From IMG/VR virus record IMGVR_UViG_2568526103_000007: a stretch of DNA of 46,728 nucleotides. One strand, 5' to 3'. Each line of letters opens with the position of its first letter. Position 1 is the first letter of the stretch. The position numbers and the translations under genes were made by a program. Under the pieces are notes generated by a model that ran no database searches, was not told the DNA's origin, and worked only from the letters and a program-made list of their open reading frames with translations. Positions 18,139 to 31,244 of the stretch are shown here, in pieces. Origin of the DNA: a virus (Duplodnaviria; Heunggongvirae; Uroviricota; Caudoviricetes).

Positions 18139-18275
18139 TGTTTGAGTCTTATATGGCAGAACGTCTTCGCCGCCGCTGGGTGCGCCTGCGCTTATATCGT
18201 TTTCCTAGTTCTGTTTTGACCGATTACCGGATACTGAAGAATTACGCCAAAACACTGAAAGGAGCTGCCGCATGA
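18135..18275 (+). CDS. ylcG: YlcG-like small protein
   Basis: 46-aa ORF not in the supplied track ([46 protein letters not shown]); overlaps the rusA stop and the Q start; matches remembered YlcG. Confidence 0.6.
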
Positions 18276-18961
18276 ATACCCAATATTTACAGTATGTCCG
18301 CGAGCAACTCATTGTGGCTACCGCTGATTTGAGCGGAGCAACGAAAGGACAGCTTGAAGCCTGGCTGGAGCATGCACAATTTGATACTGGTACATACAAA
18401 CGAAAGAAGCCGCGCATTCTGGATGAGGTAACTGGCAGGATGATTACGCTGGATAATCCGCCGATTTCCGGTAAGCAGTTGTACGCAAAAGGTTCATCCA
18501 TTGCACTGGTCAGCCAGGTTGAGTTCTCAACCTCGTCATGGCGCCGCGCGGTTCTGTCTCTCGAAGAACATCAGAAAGCGTGGTTGCTGTGGAGTTACAG
18601 CGAAAGTGTTCGCTGGGAACATCAGGTCACCATAACGCAGTGGGCATGGAGCGAGTTTAAGACTCTGTTGGGTACCAGGAAAATTGCAGGTAAAACACTG
18701 GAACGTTTGAAGAAGTTGATCTGGCTGGCGGCACAGGATGTGAAGAACGAGCTGGCAGGGCGTAAGACCTATGAATACCAGGAGCTGGCATCACTGGTGG
18801 GAGTGACATCAAAAAACTGGTCTGAGACATTTACTGAACGCTGGGTTGCAATGAAGCACATTTTTCTACAGCTTGATAGCCAAGCTTTATTGCTTTTAAC
18901 GAAAACACGTTCAAAACAAAAGACCATATTTTCACAGCAAGATATTGCAAAACTGGATTAA
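18272..18961 (+). CDS. Late-gene antiterminator Q (non-lambda Q family)
   Basis: 229-aa ORF located between rusA/ylcG and the lysis cassette and followed by intrinsic terminators, the canonical Q position; family assignment is by position and size only. Confidence 0.6.
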   Translation: MNTQYLQYVREQLIVATADLSGATKGQLEAWLEHAQFDTGTYKRKKPRILDEVTGRMITLDNPPISGKQLYAKGSSIALVSQVEFSTSSWRRAVLSLEEHQKAWLLWSYSESVRWEHQVTITQWAWSEFKTLLGTRKIAGKTLERLKKLIWLAAQDVKNELAGRKTYEYQELASLVGVTSKNWSETFTERWVAMKHIFLQLDSQALLLLTKTRSKQKTIFSQQDIAKLD

Positions 18962-19028
18962 AAATCATATATTTTATGTAAATCTGATATTTTGCCAATG
19001 TTGTACGCACTGGCAGTAATCCAAATTC

Positions 19029-19062
19029 AAGCCCGAGGTTTAAAGCCTTGGGCTTTTCTGTT
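19029..19062 (+). terminator. Intrinsic terminator (tR'-like) downstream of Q
   Basis: 8-bp stem GCCCGAGG/CCTTGGGC (one G-U pair), 7-nt loop, followed by TTTTCTGTTTCTG. Confidence 0.6.
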
Positions 19063-19142
19063 TCTGAACGGTGAGTAGCCTTCCAACCTACCCCAGCCAG
19101 GGTGTCTTCAGCTGTTGAGTTGATATTGCTTAACCCTCTGTT

Positions 19143-19167
19143 GCCAGCTACATGCTGGCTTTTTTAT
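19143..19167 (+). terminator. Second intrinsic terminator in the Q-holin intergenic region
   Basis: GCCAGC-tacat-GCTGGC followed by TTTTTT. Confidence 0.6.
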
Positions 19168-19270
19168 TCCAGGCTTGCGGGGAGCATCAACTCCGTGCTT
19201 TGTCGTTAAATTACCCCGTGAGCCTGATTTCTGACATTTAACGTCCCGGCCTTTTGTCGGCGGCGAAACA

Positions 19271-19588
19271 TTGGCTATTCATATGCACGAAAAAGAGAGC
19301 CTTGCCGGAGCGTTCTGGCTCGTTTTGCTGATCATCGCAGGTTGGGGCGGTCTGGTCCGCTACCTGATAGATGTGAAGCAGAGTAAAGCAACGTGGAGTT
19401 GGATAAATGCTCTGGCTCAAATAGTGGTATCAGGATTCACCGGTGTTATTGGTGGCCTGATCAGCATCGAAAGTGGATTCAGTATTTACATGATTCTCGC
19501 GACAGCGGGGATTAGTGGTGCGATGGGTTCGGTTGCACTGACGTACTTCTGGGAACGACTGACAGGGGTGAAAAATGCAAAATCTTAA
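19271..19588 (+). CDS. Holin (dual-start motif, three predicted hydrophobic segments)
   Basis: 105-aa ORF immediately upstream of, and overlapping, the endolysin gene; two closely spaced Met codons (M1, M5) as in holin/antiholin pairs; highly hydrophobic; not lambda S by sequence. Confidence 0.75.
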   Translation: MAIHMHEKESLAGAFWLVLLIIAGWGGLVRYLIDVKQSKATWSWINALAQIVVSGFTGVIGGLISIESGFSIYMILATAGISGAMGSVALTYFWERLTGVKNAKS

Positions 19589-20051
19589 TCCTCAGCGTAA
19601 AGCCTTCCTCGATATGTTGGCGTGGTCAGAAGGAACGGATAACGGGCGACAACCGACACGTAACCACGGTTATGATGTTATTGTTGGCGGCGAACTGTTT
19701 ACTGATTACTCCGATCACCCTCGCAAACTTGTCACGCTACACCCCAAACTCAAATCAACAGCCGCCGGACGTTATCAGCTTCTTTCACGCTGGTGGGATG
19801 CTTACCGTAAACAGCTTGGTTTGAAAGACTTCTCCCCCAAAAGCCAGGACGCAGTGGCATTACAGCAGATTAAAGAGCGTGGTGCTTTACCGATGATTGA
19901 TCGCGGTGATATCCGTCAGGCAATCGACCGTTGCAGCAATATCTGGGCTTCACTGCCGGGCGCTGGTTATGGTCAGTTCGAGCATAAGGCTGACAGCCTG
20001 ATTGCAAAATTCAAAGAAGCTGGCGGAACGCTCAGAGAGAGTGAGGTATGA
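19575..20051 (+). CDS. R: Endolysin R (lytic transglycosylase)
   Basis: 158-aa ORF; ...[49 protein letters not shown]... matches lambda R. Confidence 0.95.
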   Translation: MQNLNPQRKAFLDMLAWSEGTDNGRQPTRNHGYDVIVGGELFTDYSDHPRKLVTLHPKLKSTAAGRYQLLSRWWDAYRKQLGLKDFSPKSQDAVALQQIKERGALPMIDRGDIRQAIDRCSNIWASLPGAGYGQFEHKADSLIAKFKEAGGTLRESEV

Positions 20052-20509
20052 GCAGAATAACCGCGATTATCTCCGCTCTGGTTATCTGCGTCATCGTCTG
20101 CCTTTCATGGGCGGTTAATCATTACCGCGATAACGCGATTACCTACAAAGCCCAGCGCGACAAAAATGCCAGAGAACTGACGCTGGCGAACGCGGCAATT
20201 ACTGACATACAGATGCGTCAGCGTGATGTTGCTGCGCTCGATGCAAAATACACGAAGGAGTTAGCTGATGCGAAAGCTGAAAATGATGCTCTGCGTGATG
20301 ATGTTGCCGCTGGTCGTCGTCGGTTGCACATCAAAGCAGTCTGTCAGTCAGTGCGTGAAGCCACCACCGCCTCCGGCGTGGATAATGCAGCCTCCCCCCG
20401 ACTGGCAGACACCGCTGAACGGGATTATTTCACCCTCAGAGAGAGGCTGATCACTATGCAAAAACAACTGGAAGGAACCCAGAAGTATATTAATGAGCAG
20501 TGCAGATAG
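20048..20509 (+). CDS. Rz: Rz inner-membrane spanin
   Basis: 153-aa ORF matching lambda Rz ([43 protein letters not shown]...). Confidence 0.95.
   Translation: MSRITAIISALVICVIVCLSWAVNHYRDNAITYKAQRDKNARELTLANAAITDIQMRQRDVAALDAKYTKELADAKAENDALRDDVAAGRRRLHIKAVCQSVREATTASGVDNAASPRLADTAERDYFTLRERLITMQKQLEGTQKYINEQCR
20268..20450 (+). CDS. Rz1: Rz1 outer-membrane lipoprotein spanin, embedded in Rz in the +1 frame
   Basis: 60-aa ORF with lipobox (VVGC) and proline-rich segment [15 protein letters not shown]; matches lambda Rz1. Confidence 0.9.
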   Translation: MRKLKMMLCVMMLPLVVVGCTSKQSVSQCVKPPPPPAWIMQPPPDWQTPLNGIISPSERG

Positions 20510-20540
20510 AGCTGCCCATATCGATGGGCAACTCATGCAA

Positions 20541-20834
20541 TTATTGTGAGCAATACACACGCGCTTCCAGCGGAGTATAAATGCCTAAAGTAATAAAACC
20601 GAGCAATCCATTTACGAATGTTTGCTGGGTTTCTGTTTTAACAACATTTTCTGCACCACCACAAATTTTTGCTGCATCGACAGTTTTCTTCTGCCCAATT
20701 CCCGAAACGAAGAAATGATGGGTGATGGTTTCCTTTGGTGTTACTGCTGTAGGTTTGTTTCCAACAGTAAACGTCTGTTGAGCACATCCTGTAATAAGCA
20801 TTGCCAGAGCGGCAGAAAACAACATTTTTTTCAT
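20541..20834 (-). CDS. bor: Bor lipoprotein (serum-resistance associated)
   Basis: 97 aa from MKKMLFSAALAMLITGCAQQTFTV...; matches lambda Bor; the supplied ORF has an upstream in-frame extension that I discount. Confidence 0.9.
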   Translation of the reverse strand: MKKMLFSAALAMLITGCAQQTFTVGNKPTAVTPKETITHHFFVSGIGQKKTVDAAKICGGAENVVKTETQQTFVNGLLGFITLGIYTPLEARVYCSQ

Positions 20835-21314
20835 CTTATTATCCTGCATTGTTAAAAACGGCAGAATCCTATGTGACAACAATTAAACGATAGTTAAATG
20901 GATTGATGAAAATTAAAACTACACAGGTGGGCTCAGACTATTGGAGGAAGTTGGGGACACTCAGAATCCTGTGGAATGAAATAAACCGGTCTATCCGTCC
21001 ATTACCCTTTTAGCTGCGCTGTATCGTCGCCGTATTCCCGCATTAACCATGACCGTAGCCCGACGGGGAATTCCTTCTGCGTGAGTGTGCGGGAATAATT
21101 AAAAACGATGCACACCGGGTTTTTACCGCGTTAATGATTCGCGGGTTTATCCCGGTGCGATGGTGGAAGAAACAGGAAGCTGTATTACAGAAAGTGCTAC
21201 TACTGTATCCCGATGCGATGTATGTAATGTGAGTCAGATAATGGCACAGGATGTGGTGATGTGGCAGTCTGGAACACAGGATATATTGTCAGAATAAGAC
21301 CCGTAGGAATAAAA

Positions 21315-21493
21315 ATGAAAAGACGCCTTTTACTACTTTTTCTGTTATCTGTCCTGGCAGTGGGATGCTCGCAGCAAAAAGCTGATGAGCCCCGGCAATT
21401 AGTGACGGTGTATCCACGATATCCGGAATATGCTGCAGCAAATTATATCAAGGGGCTGGTTGAGGTTAAGTTCGATATTGGTGCTGATGGGAC
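21315..21493 (+). pseudogene. Small TonB-C-domain-like lipoprotein, 5' part, interrupted by an IS66-family element
   Basis: Signal peptide with lipobox (LSVLAVGCSQ) then PRYPEYAAANYIKGLVEVKFDIGADG resembling the TonB C-terminal fold; reading frame is cut by the IS at 21494 and resumes at 24201. Confidence 0.6.
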
Positions 21494-21523
21494 GTAAGCG
21501 ACTCGTCAGAACCGTATTGATAT

Positions 21524-23095
21524 TTACTGAGAGCTCAGATCAACTTTCCAGGGCAACAGATCGCGTACCCGGTTTGCCGGCCAGTCCTGGATATGTTCAA
21601 TGACGTAACGCAGCCACTTTTCTGGCTCCACATTGTTCAGACGGCATGTGCCGATCAGCGAGTACAACACCGCCGCATGTTCACCACCGCTGTCGGAACC
21701 CGCGAACATCCAGTTTTTCCGGCCTACGGCCACTCCCCGTAAGGCGTTCTCTGCGATGTTGTTGTCGATTTCCACCCAGCCATTACTGCAGTACACGTTC
21801 AGTGCATCCCACTGTTTCAGCAGGTATGCGAACGCTTTTGCCGTATCTGAGTGACGCGACAGTGTTTTCATCTGTTGCTGTATCCAGTCATACAGTGACT
21901 GCATCAGTGGCGCGGCTCTGGCTTTTCTTGCCGCCAGACGCTGTTCTGCTGAACAGCCCCGGACCTCTGCCTCGATGGCATACAGTTCACCGATACGCTG
22001 CAGGGCTTCCGTGGTGATGTAGGTGGGCGCTCTTGCATGCACATCGTGGATTTTTCTCCGGGCATGAGCCATACACGCGGCTTCCGTTATTCTGCCGGAT
22101 TCGTATAACGCCCGGTAACCACCGTAAGCATCGGCCTGAAGCACACCGCTGTAACCGGCCAGGTGATTTTGTGGATGGATACCTTTCCGGTCCGGACTGT
22201 ACGCGAACCAGACCGCCGGGGGCATCTGTGAACCGGCGTTACGGTCATCACGGACGTAGACCCACAGCCGGGCTGTCCGGGTTTTACCGCTGCCCGGCTC
22301 CTGGACCGGGACGGGGATATCATCAGCATGGACTTTACCGGGCATCAGCACATACTGGCGCAGGACGTCATACAGCGGCTCCAGCAGTTCAGCAACAGCA
22401 CCTGTCCAGCGCCCCAGTGTGGCACGGCTCAGCTCCACTCCCTGACGACGGTATATTTCTGACTGGCGGTATAACGGCAGATGGTCTGCATATTTCCCGG
22501 TGACAACATGGGCCAGAAGCCCCGCTCCGGCATAACTGCGTGCAATGGGTTTTGAAGGTACTGGTGCCTGCACGATATGGTCGCACCGGCAACAGGCCTG
22601 TTTCGGACGTTGTGTTTCGATAACCTTAAAGGCGCTGCTGATAAGCTCCAGTTGCTCTGACACATCACATCCCAGAGAACTGAGTTCACCACCACAGGCA
22701 GGACAGCATTCCTCTTCCGGCCGGATAACCCGGGTTTCACGGGGAAGTGAGGCCGGTAACGGTTTACGGGCTGAAGACTGGCGCAGGGCGGATGGCAGTA
22801 CCGGGTCATATTGCTCACCCAGCGTTTCCGCCATTTCTTCCTGAAGTGCGCTGATTCGCTCCTGTGCTTCCTGTATCTGCCGTTCGGTTTTTGCACGAAG
22901 TTTTTCTGAGCTTTTACCGAACTGCATACGTTGCAGTTTCGCAACCAGCGCCTTCAGCCGGTTGATTTCGGAAGCATAAGCCGCCACCCGCTGTGAGAGC
23001 AGGCGGTTGTATTCAGCCATCTGGCGGATGGTGTCCTGTTGCGTCTGCAACAGTGCCCGCAGGCGGGCGTTCTCATGAGCAAGTGAGGTGTCCAT
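21524..23095 (-). CDS. IS66-family transposase (OrfC)
   Basis: 523-aa ORF; same conserved blocks as the first IS66 transposase ([42 protein letters not shown]) but only about half identical, so a different family member. Confidence 0.9.
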   Translation of the reverse strand: MDTSLAHENARLRALLQTQQDTIRQMAEYNRLLSQRVAAYASEINRLKALVAKLQRMQFGKSSEKLRAKTERQIQEAQERISALQEEMAETLGEQYDPVLPSALRQSSARKPLPASLPRETRVIRPEEECCPACGGELSSLGCDVSEQLELISSAFKVIETQRPKQACCRCDHIVQAPVPSKPIARSYAGAGLLAHVVTGKYADHLPLYRQSEIYRRQGVELSRATLGRWTGAVAELLEPLYDVLRQYVLMPGKVHADDIPVPVQEPGSGKTRTARLWVYVRDDRNAGSQMPPAVWFAYSPDRKGIHPQNHLAGYSGVLQADAYGGYRALYESGRITEAACMAHARRKIHDVHARAPTYITTEALQRIGELYAIEAEVRGCSAEQRLAARKARAAPLMQSLYDWIQQQMKTLSRHSDTAKAFAYLLKQWDALNVYCSNGWVEIDNNIAENALRGVAVGRKNWMFAGSDSGGEHAAVLYSLIGTCRLNNVEPEKWLRYVIEHIQDWPANRVRDLLPWKVDLSSQ

Positions 23096-23114
23096 ATCCT
23101 CACTTTACAACGGG

Positions 23115-23462
23115 TTATATGCGGATTCCAGCGCGTTCCGTTCGTTTCGGGTGCTTCCAGTTGATACCTTCAAGAAGCATGGATAACTGAGCCGGAGTAA
23201 GGTGCACCTTGCCGTCACGGGTGACTGGCCAGACGAAGCGGCCCCGCTCCAGGCGTTTGGTGAAGAGGCACAGTCCGTCACTGTCAGCCCACAACACTTT
23301 TATCTGGTCACCCCGGCGTCCGCGGAAGATGAACAGGTGTCCGGAGAACGGGTCATCCTTCAGGACGTTCTGAACTTTTGATGCCAGGCCGTTAAAGCCA
23401 TTTCGCATATCGGTGATACCTGCAACCAGCCAGATACGCGAACCTGCAGGGAGAGATATCAT
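23115..23462 (-). CDS. IS66 OrfB (TnpB)
   Basis: 115-aa ORF, MISLPAGSRIWLVAGITDMRNGFNGL..., homologous to OrfB of the first IS. Confidence 0.85.
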   Translation of the reverse strand: MISLPAGSRIWLVAGITDMRNGFNGLASKVQNVLKDDPFSGHLFIFRGRRGDQIKVLWADSDGLCLFTKRLERGRFVWPVTRDGKVHLTPAQLSMLLEGINWKHPKRTERAGIRI

Positions 23463-24139
23463 CAGTGGCTGCTCCCTTTTATTTCGCGGATAAGTGTCTG
23501 TAATAACGCCGGCGTCAGTTTACCTTTAAGCCTGAGAGTTCCGGCCGGCAGAACCAGCTCACAACACAGACTGTCGGACGGTGTATTTATCTGCTCTGGT
23601 TCCTGTGCGGGGGCCGGGATTTTATTATCCGGCTCCGGCGTTAACGTCACGGGAAGCAGTGCCGGCATATTTTTTCCGGAAGGCAGCAGGCCACCTTTCC
23701 GGTATTGATGGCGCCAGTTGAAGAGCAGGTTATCGTTGATTCCGTTTTCCCGGGCGATCTGCGCCACACAGGCTCCGGGCTGCAGTGACTGCTCCACTAA
23801 GGCGATTTTAAACTCATAAGGGAAGTTGGGCCGCCGGGGACGTTTTTTTACCACGGGGGCTTCGGATATAACGGTGCTTTCAGGACGTACGACTGGTACC
23901 GTGGAAAATTGTCCGTAAAGGCAGGCATCAAGTTCCTGCTCCGACATGCCTGCGGGCAAAGGCCACGAAAGGCCAGCTCTCCGAAAGCGCACGAACATAC
24001 TACAAACTGTTGATTTTGGTACACCCAGGCGACGCCCGGCCACAACCCGGGGTAAATGTTCTTCAAAGTGAAGACGTAAAGCTTCAGTGATCCAGGTCCG
24101 GTGTTTCATACGATAGTGTCCATTAAAAATGATGGACAT
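23462..24139 (-). CDS. IS66 OrfA with an additional ~90-aa N-terminal HTH-like extension
   Basis: 225-aa ORF; the C-terminal half aligns with OrfA of the first IS (PGACVAQIARENGINDN); the N-terminal part is extra. Start could be the internal Met at 24109. Confidence 0.7.
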   Translation of the reverse strand: MSIIFNGHYRMKHRTWITEALRLHFEEHLPRVVAGRRLGVPKSTVCSMFVRFRRAGLSWPLPAGMSEQELDACLYGQFSTVPVVRPESTVISEAPVVKKRPRRPNFPYEFKIALVEQSLQPGACVAQIARENGINDNLLFNWRHQYRKGGLLPSGKNMPALLPVTLTPEPDNKIPAPAQEPEQINTPSDSLCCELVLPAGTLRLKGKLTPALLQTLIREIKGSSH

Positions 24140-24200
24140 TATTTTTGTAGAGCCGGAGGAAACAGACCAGACGGTTTAAATGAGCCGGTTACGATGGGAC

Positions 24201-24348
24201 TGTGACACGGATCGTTTTTCTCCGCTCAGAGCCTCATAATTTGTTTCGTGATGAAGTGGTGAAGGCCATGGCGAAATGGCGATTTGAAAAGAATCGCCCC
24301 TGTCAGGGAGTGAAGAGACAATTTATCTTTACGCCGTCACGTCCTTGA
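24201..24348 (+). pseudogene. Small TonB-C-domain-like lipoprotein, 3' part
   Basis: Frame continues from 21493 across the IS: ...DIGADGT | VTRIVFLRSEPHNLFRDEVVKAMAKWRFEKNRPCQGVKRQFIFTPSRP*; the reconstructed intact protein would be 108 aa. Confidence 0.55.
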
Positions 24349-24470
24349 TGCTTCCAGGTAGAGAGGGGCTGGAAGCAGGAGAAAAATGAAAGAGCCAGCG
24401 GTTATATTTTTGTCATGGCTGACGAGGAATGATGGAAGAAGGCGTTGTATGCCACACAACGCCTCACTGT

Positions 24471-24824
24471 TCATTTCTTCTTTTTCTCTGGTGGAACCCG
24501 ATGAATAAGAGTTGCACTGGTTTCCGATGAGATGGCGATATACTCGGGCAAAGTATGCTGGCAGTTTTCCAACTGGTCAAAAATACCTGCTCTCGTCTGT
24601 TGCAATGCCTGCAGCATGCGGCGGCAATGCGCCTTGCTTTTACTAACCATCTTTCCTTCCTCTATCAGTCGCTGCGTGAACTCATCATGGAATACCAGGT
24701 AAATGCGGATGTTATCGGTTTTGGCTACGCAGCATAGTACAAAACGGACAGGTGCATCCCGGGACGGGGGAGGCGTCACATGTCCCTGTGATGGTTGTTC
24801 CGGGTAATGTACTGTGTGGGGCAT
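24471..24824 (-). CDS. Hypothetical protein (region between bor and cos)
   Basis: 117-aa ORF; no recognisable motif; overlaps an alternative ORF in another frame, so coding status is uncertain. Confidence 0.3.
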   Translation of the reverse strand: MPHTVHYPEQPSQGHVTPPPSRDAPVRFVLCCVAKTDNIRIYLVFHDEFTQRLIEEGKMVSKSKAHCRRMLQALQQTRAGIFDQLENCQHTLPEYIAISSETSATLIHRVPPEKKKK

Positions 24825-24963
24825 AAAAATGTCCGATAATTTTACTTTCTACCGCAGTTAGTTGATTCGTTGGTCCTGGTAGCACATTGGGCGAGGATTT
24901 AAATGCCAGGCAACTGAAGGATGATGTCGCAAGGGAGATAGCGAGAATATTTCTGATTTTCAT
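24712..24963 (-). CDS. Hypothetical small secreted protein
   Basis: 83 aa from the internal Met MKIRNILAISLATSSFSCLA (signal-peptide-like), cysteine-rich C-terminus; GAGG about 12 nt upstream; overlaps the previous ORF. Confidence 0.3.
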   Translation of the reverse strand: MKIRNILAISLATSSFSCLAFKSSPNVLPGPTNQLTAVESKIIGHFYAPHSTLPGTTITGTCDASPVPGCTCPFCTMLRSQNR

Positions 24964-25080
24964 TTGATGATGCCTCTGTGTGAAATGACGGTAAACGACG
25001 CACTTGTGCCGGCACATAATAGCAAGCACCATAATAGATCAGATTCGATTCTTGCTGTAAGTGATAATTATTCTCGTTTT

Positions 25081-25123
25081 CGGGTCCTTTCCGTCGATCC
25101 AACAGGTTACGGGGCGGCGACCT
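25081..25123 (+). other. cos site: cosQ-like element and cosN with the 12-nt lambda cohesive-end sequence GGGCGGCGACCT (25112-25123)
   Basis: Sequence ...CGGGTCCTTTCCGTCGATCCAACAGGTTACG | GGGCGGCGACCTCGCGGGTTTTCGCTATTTATGAAAATTTTCCGGTTTAAGGCG... equals the remembered lambda right-end/left-end junction; nu1 starts 189 nt downstream as in lambda. Confidence 0.9.
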
Positions 25124-25300
25124 CGCGGGTTTTCGCTATTTATGAAAATTTTCCGGTTTAAGGCGTTTCCGTTCTTCTTCGCCGTAACTTAATGTTTTTA
25201 TTTAAAACACTCCCTGAAAAGAAAGGAAACGACAGGTGCTGAAAACGGGCTTTTTGGCCTCTGTCGTTTCCTTTCTCTGTTTTTGTCCGTGGAATGAACA

Positions 25301-25820
25301 ATGGAAGTCAACAAAAAGCAGCTGGCTGACATTTTCGGCGCGAGTATCCGTACTATTCAGAACTGGCAGGAGCAGGGAATGCCCGTTCTGCGAGGCGGTG
25401 GGAAGGGTAATGAGGTGCTTTATGACTCTGCCGACGTCATAAAATGGTATGCCGAAAGGGATGCTGAAATTGAGAACGAAAAGCTGCGCCGGGAGGTTGA
25501 AGAACTGCGACAGGCCAGCGAGACAGATCTCCAGCCAGGGACTATTGAGTACGAACGCCATCGACTTACGCGTGCGCAGGCCGACGCACAGGAGCTGAAA
25601 AATGCCAGAGACTCCGCTGAAGTGGTGGAAACCGCATTCTGTACTTTCGTGCTGTCGCGGATCGCAGGTGAAATTGCCAGTATTCTCGACGGGATCCCCC
25701 TGTCGGTGCAGCGGCGTTTTCCGGAACTGGAAAACCGACATGTTGATTTCCTGAAACGGGATATCATCAAAGCCATGAACAAAGCAGCCGCGCTGGATGA
25801 ACTGATACCGGGGTTGCTGA

Positions 25821-25846
<26 letters not shown>
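25301..25846 (+). CDS. nu1: Terminase small subunit Nu1
   Basis: 181-aa ORF matching lambda Nu1 (MEVNKKQLADIFGASIRTIQNWQEQGMPVLRGGGKGNEVLYDS...). Confidence 0.95.
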
Positions 25847-29527
<3,681 letters not shown>

Positions 29528-29547
<20 letters not shown>

Positions 29548-30847
29548 TCTCCCGCATATTGCCAGTATGGCCTTTAATGAGCCGCTGATGCTTGAACCCG
29601 CCTATGCGCGGGTTTTCTTTTGTGCGCTTGCAGGCCAGCTTGGGATCAGCCGCCTGACGGATGCGGTATCCGGCGACAGCCTGACTGCCGGAGAGGCACC
29701 CGCGGCGCTGGCGTTATCCGTTGATGATGACGGACCACGACAGGCCCGCAGTTATCAGGTCATGAACGGCATCGCCGTGCTGCCGGTGTCCGGCACGCTG
29801 GTCAGTCGGACGCGAGCGCTGCAGCCGTATTCGGGGATGACCGGTTACAACGGCATTATCGCCCGTCTGCAACAGGCTGCCAGCGACCCGATGGTGGACG
29901 GCATTCTGCTCGATATGGATACGCCAGGCGGGATGGTGGCAGGGGCATTTGACTGCGCTGACATCATCGCCCGTGTGCGTGACATAAAGCCGGTATGGGC
30001 GCTGGCCAACGACATGAACTGCAGTGCAGGTCAGTTGCTTGCCAGCGCCGCCTCCCGACGTCTGGTCACGCAGACCGCCCGGACAGGCTCCATCGGCGTC
30101 ATGATGGCTCACAGTAATTACGGTGCTGCGCTGGAGAAACAGGGCGTGGAAATCACGCTGATTTACAGCGGCAGCCATAAGGTGGATGGCAACCCCTACA
30201 GCCATCTACCGGATGATGTCCGGGAAACACTGCAGTCCCGGATGGATGCAACCCGCCGGATGTTTGCACAGAAGGTGTCGGCATATACCGGCCTGTCCGT
30301 GCAGGCTGTGCTGGATACCGAGGCTGCAGTGTACAGCGGTCAGGAGGCCATTGATGCCGGACTGGCTGATGAACTTGTTAACAGTACCGATGCGATCACC
30401 GTCATGCGTGATGCACTGGATGCACGTAAATCCCGTCTCTCAGGAGGGCGAATGACCAAAGAGACTCAATCAACAACTGTTTCAGCCACTGCTTCGCAGG
30501 CTGACGTTACTGGCGTGGTGCCAGCGACGGAGGGCGAGAACGCCAGCGCTGCGCAGCCGGACGTGAACGCGCAGATCACCGCAGCGGTTGCGGCAGAAAA
30601 CAGTCGCATTATGGGGATCCTCAACTGTGAGGAAGCTCACGGACGCGAAGAACAGGCACGCGTGCTGGCCGAAACCCCTGGTATGACCGTGGAAACGGCC
30701 CGCCGCATTCTGGCAGTTGCACCACAGAGTGCACAGGCGCGCAGTGACACTGCGCTGGATCGTCTGATGCAGGGGGCACCGGCACCGCTGGCTGCAGGTA
30801 ACCTGGCATCTGATGCCGTTAACGATTTGCTGAACACACCAGTGTAA
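29528..30847 (+). CDS. C: Head maturation protease / minor capsid protein C
   Basis: 439 aa from an apparent GTG start (VTAELRNLPHIASMAFNEPLMLEPAYARVFF...), overlapping the end of B by 20 nt exactly as lambda C does; the track ORF extends further upstream in frame. Confidence 0.9.
30242..30847 (+). CDS. nu3: Scaffold protein Nu3 (in-frame internal start within C)
   Basis: Internal ATG at the position corresponding to lambda nu3 (C start + 714 nt), reading MDATRRMFAQ...; inferred from lambda gene organisation. Confidence 0.7.
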   Translation: MDATRRMFAQKVSAYTGLSVQAVLDTEAAVYSGQEAIDAGLADELVNSTDAITVMRDALDARKSRLSGGRMTKETQSTTVSATASQADVTGVVPATEGENASAAQPDVNAQITAAVAAENSRIMGILNCEEAHGREEQARVLAETPGMTVETARRILAVAPQSAQARSDTALDRLMQGAPAPLAAGNLASDAVNDLLNTPV

Positions 30848-30856
30848 GGGATGTTT

Positions 30857-31189
30857 ATGACGAGCAAAGAAACCTTTACCCATTACCAGCCGCTGGGCAA
30901 CAGTGACCCGGCTCATACCGCAACCGCGCCCGGCGGATTGAGTGCGAAAGCGCCTGCAATGACCCCGCTGATGCTGGACACCTCCAGCCGTAAGCTGGTT
31001 GCGTGGGATGGCACCACCGACGGTGCTGCCGTTGGCATTCTTGCGGTTGCTGCTGACCAGACCAGCACCACGCTGACGTTCTACAAGTCCGGCACGTTCC
31101 GTTATGAGGATGTGCTCTGGCCGGAGGCTGCCAGCGACGAGACGAAAAAACGGACCGCGTTTGCCGGAACGGCAATCAGCATCGTTTAA
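30857..31189 (+). CDS. D: Head decoration protein D
   Basis: 110 aa from [27 protein letters not shown]..., lambda gpD; AAGGG RBS 6 nt upstream. Confidence 0.95.
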   Translation: MTSKETFTHYQPLGNSDPAHTATAPGGLSAKAPAMTPLMLDTSSRKLVAWDGTTDGAAVGILAVAADQTSTTLTFYKSGTFRYEDVLWPEAASDETKKRTAFAGTAISIV

Positions 31190-31208
31190 CTTTACCCTTC
31201 ATCACTAA

Positions 31209-31231
31209 AGGCCGCCTGTGCGGCTTTTTTT
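31209..31231 (+). terminator. Terminator-like hairpin between D and E
   Basis: GCCGC-ctgt-GCGGC followed by seven T; within the late operon, so probably read through or regulatory. Confidence 0.4.
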
Positions 31232-31244
31232 ACGGGATTTTTTT

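Larger units (their letters stand above)
21494..24192 (-). mobile_element. Second, distinct IS66-family insertion sequence (2699 bp) with 8-bp target-site duplication GATGGGAC
   Basis: Left terminus GTAAGCGACTCG, right terminus ...GCCGGTTAC (imperfect inverted repeat); direct repeats at 21486-21493 and 24193-24200; orfA-orfB-orfC on the minus strand. Confidence 0.8.

Noticed and set aside
18962-19270. Searched the Q-holin gap and other intergenic regions for tRNA genes or a toxin cargo
   Set aside because: No cloverleaf-compatible sequence or additional ORF seen; the gap is only ~300 bp and is accounted for by promoter/terminator elements.
21633-22944. Multiple ORFs on both strands inside the second IS66 transposase gene
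   Set aside because: Nested within a transposase with full-length family conservation; no independent support.
13105-24192. Possibility that the two IS66 elements bound a composite transposon carrying the nin-Q-lysis region
   Set aside because: The elements are different IS66-family members, oppositely oriented, and each has its own intact 8-bp target duplication, indicating independent simple insertions.
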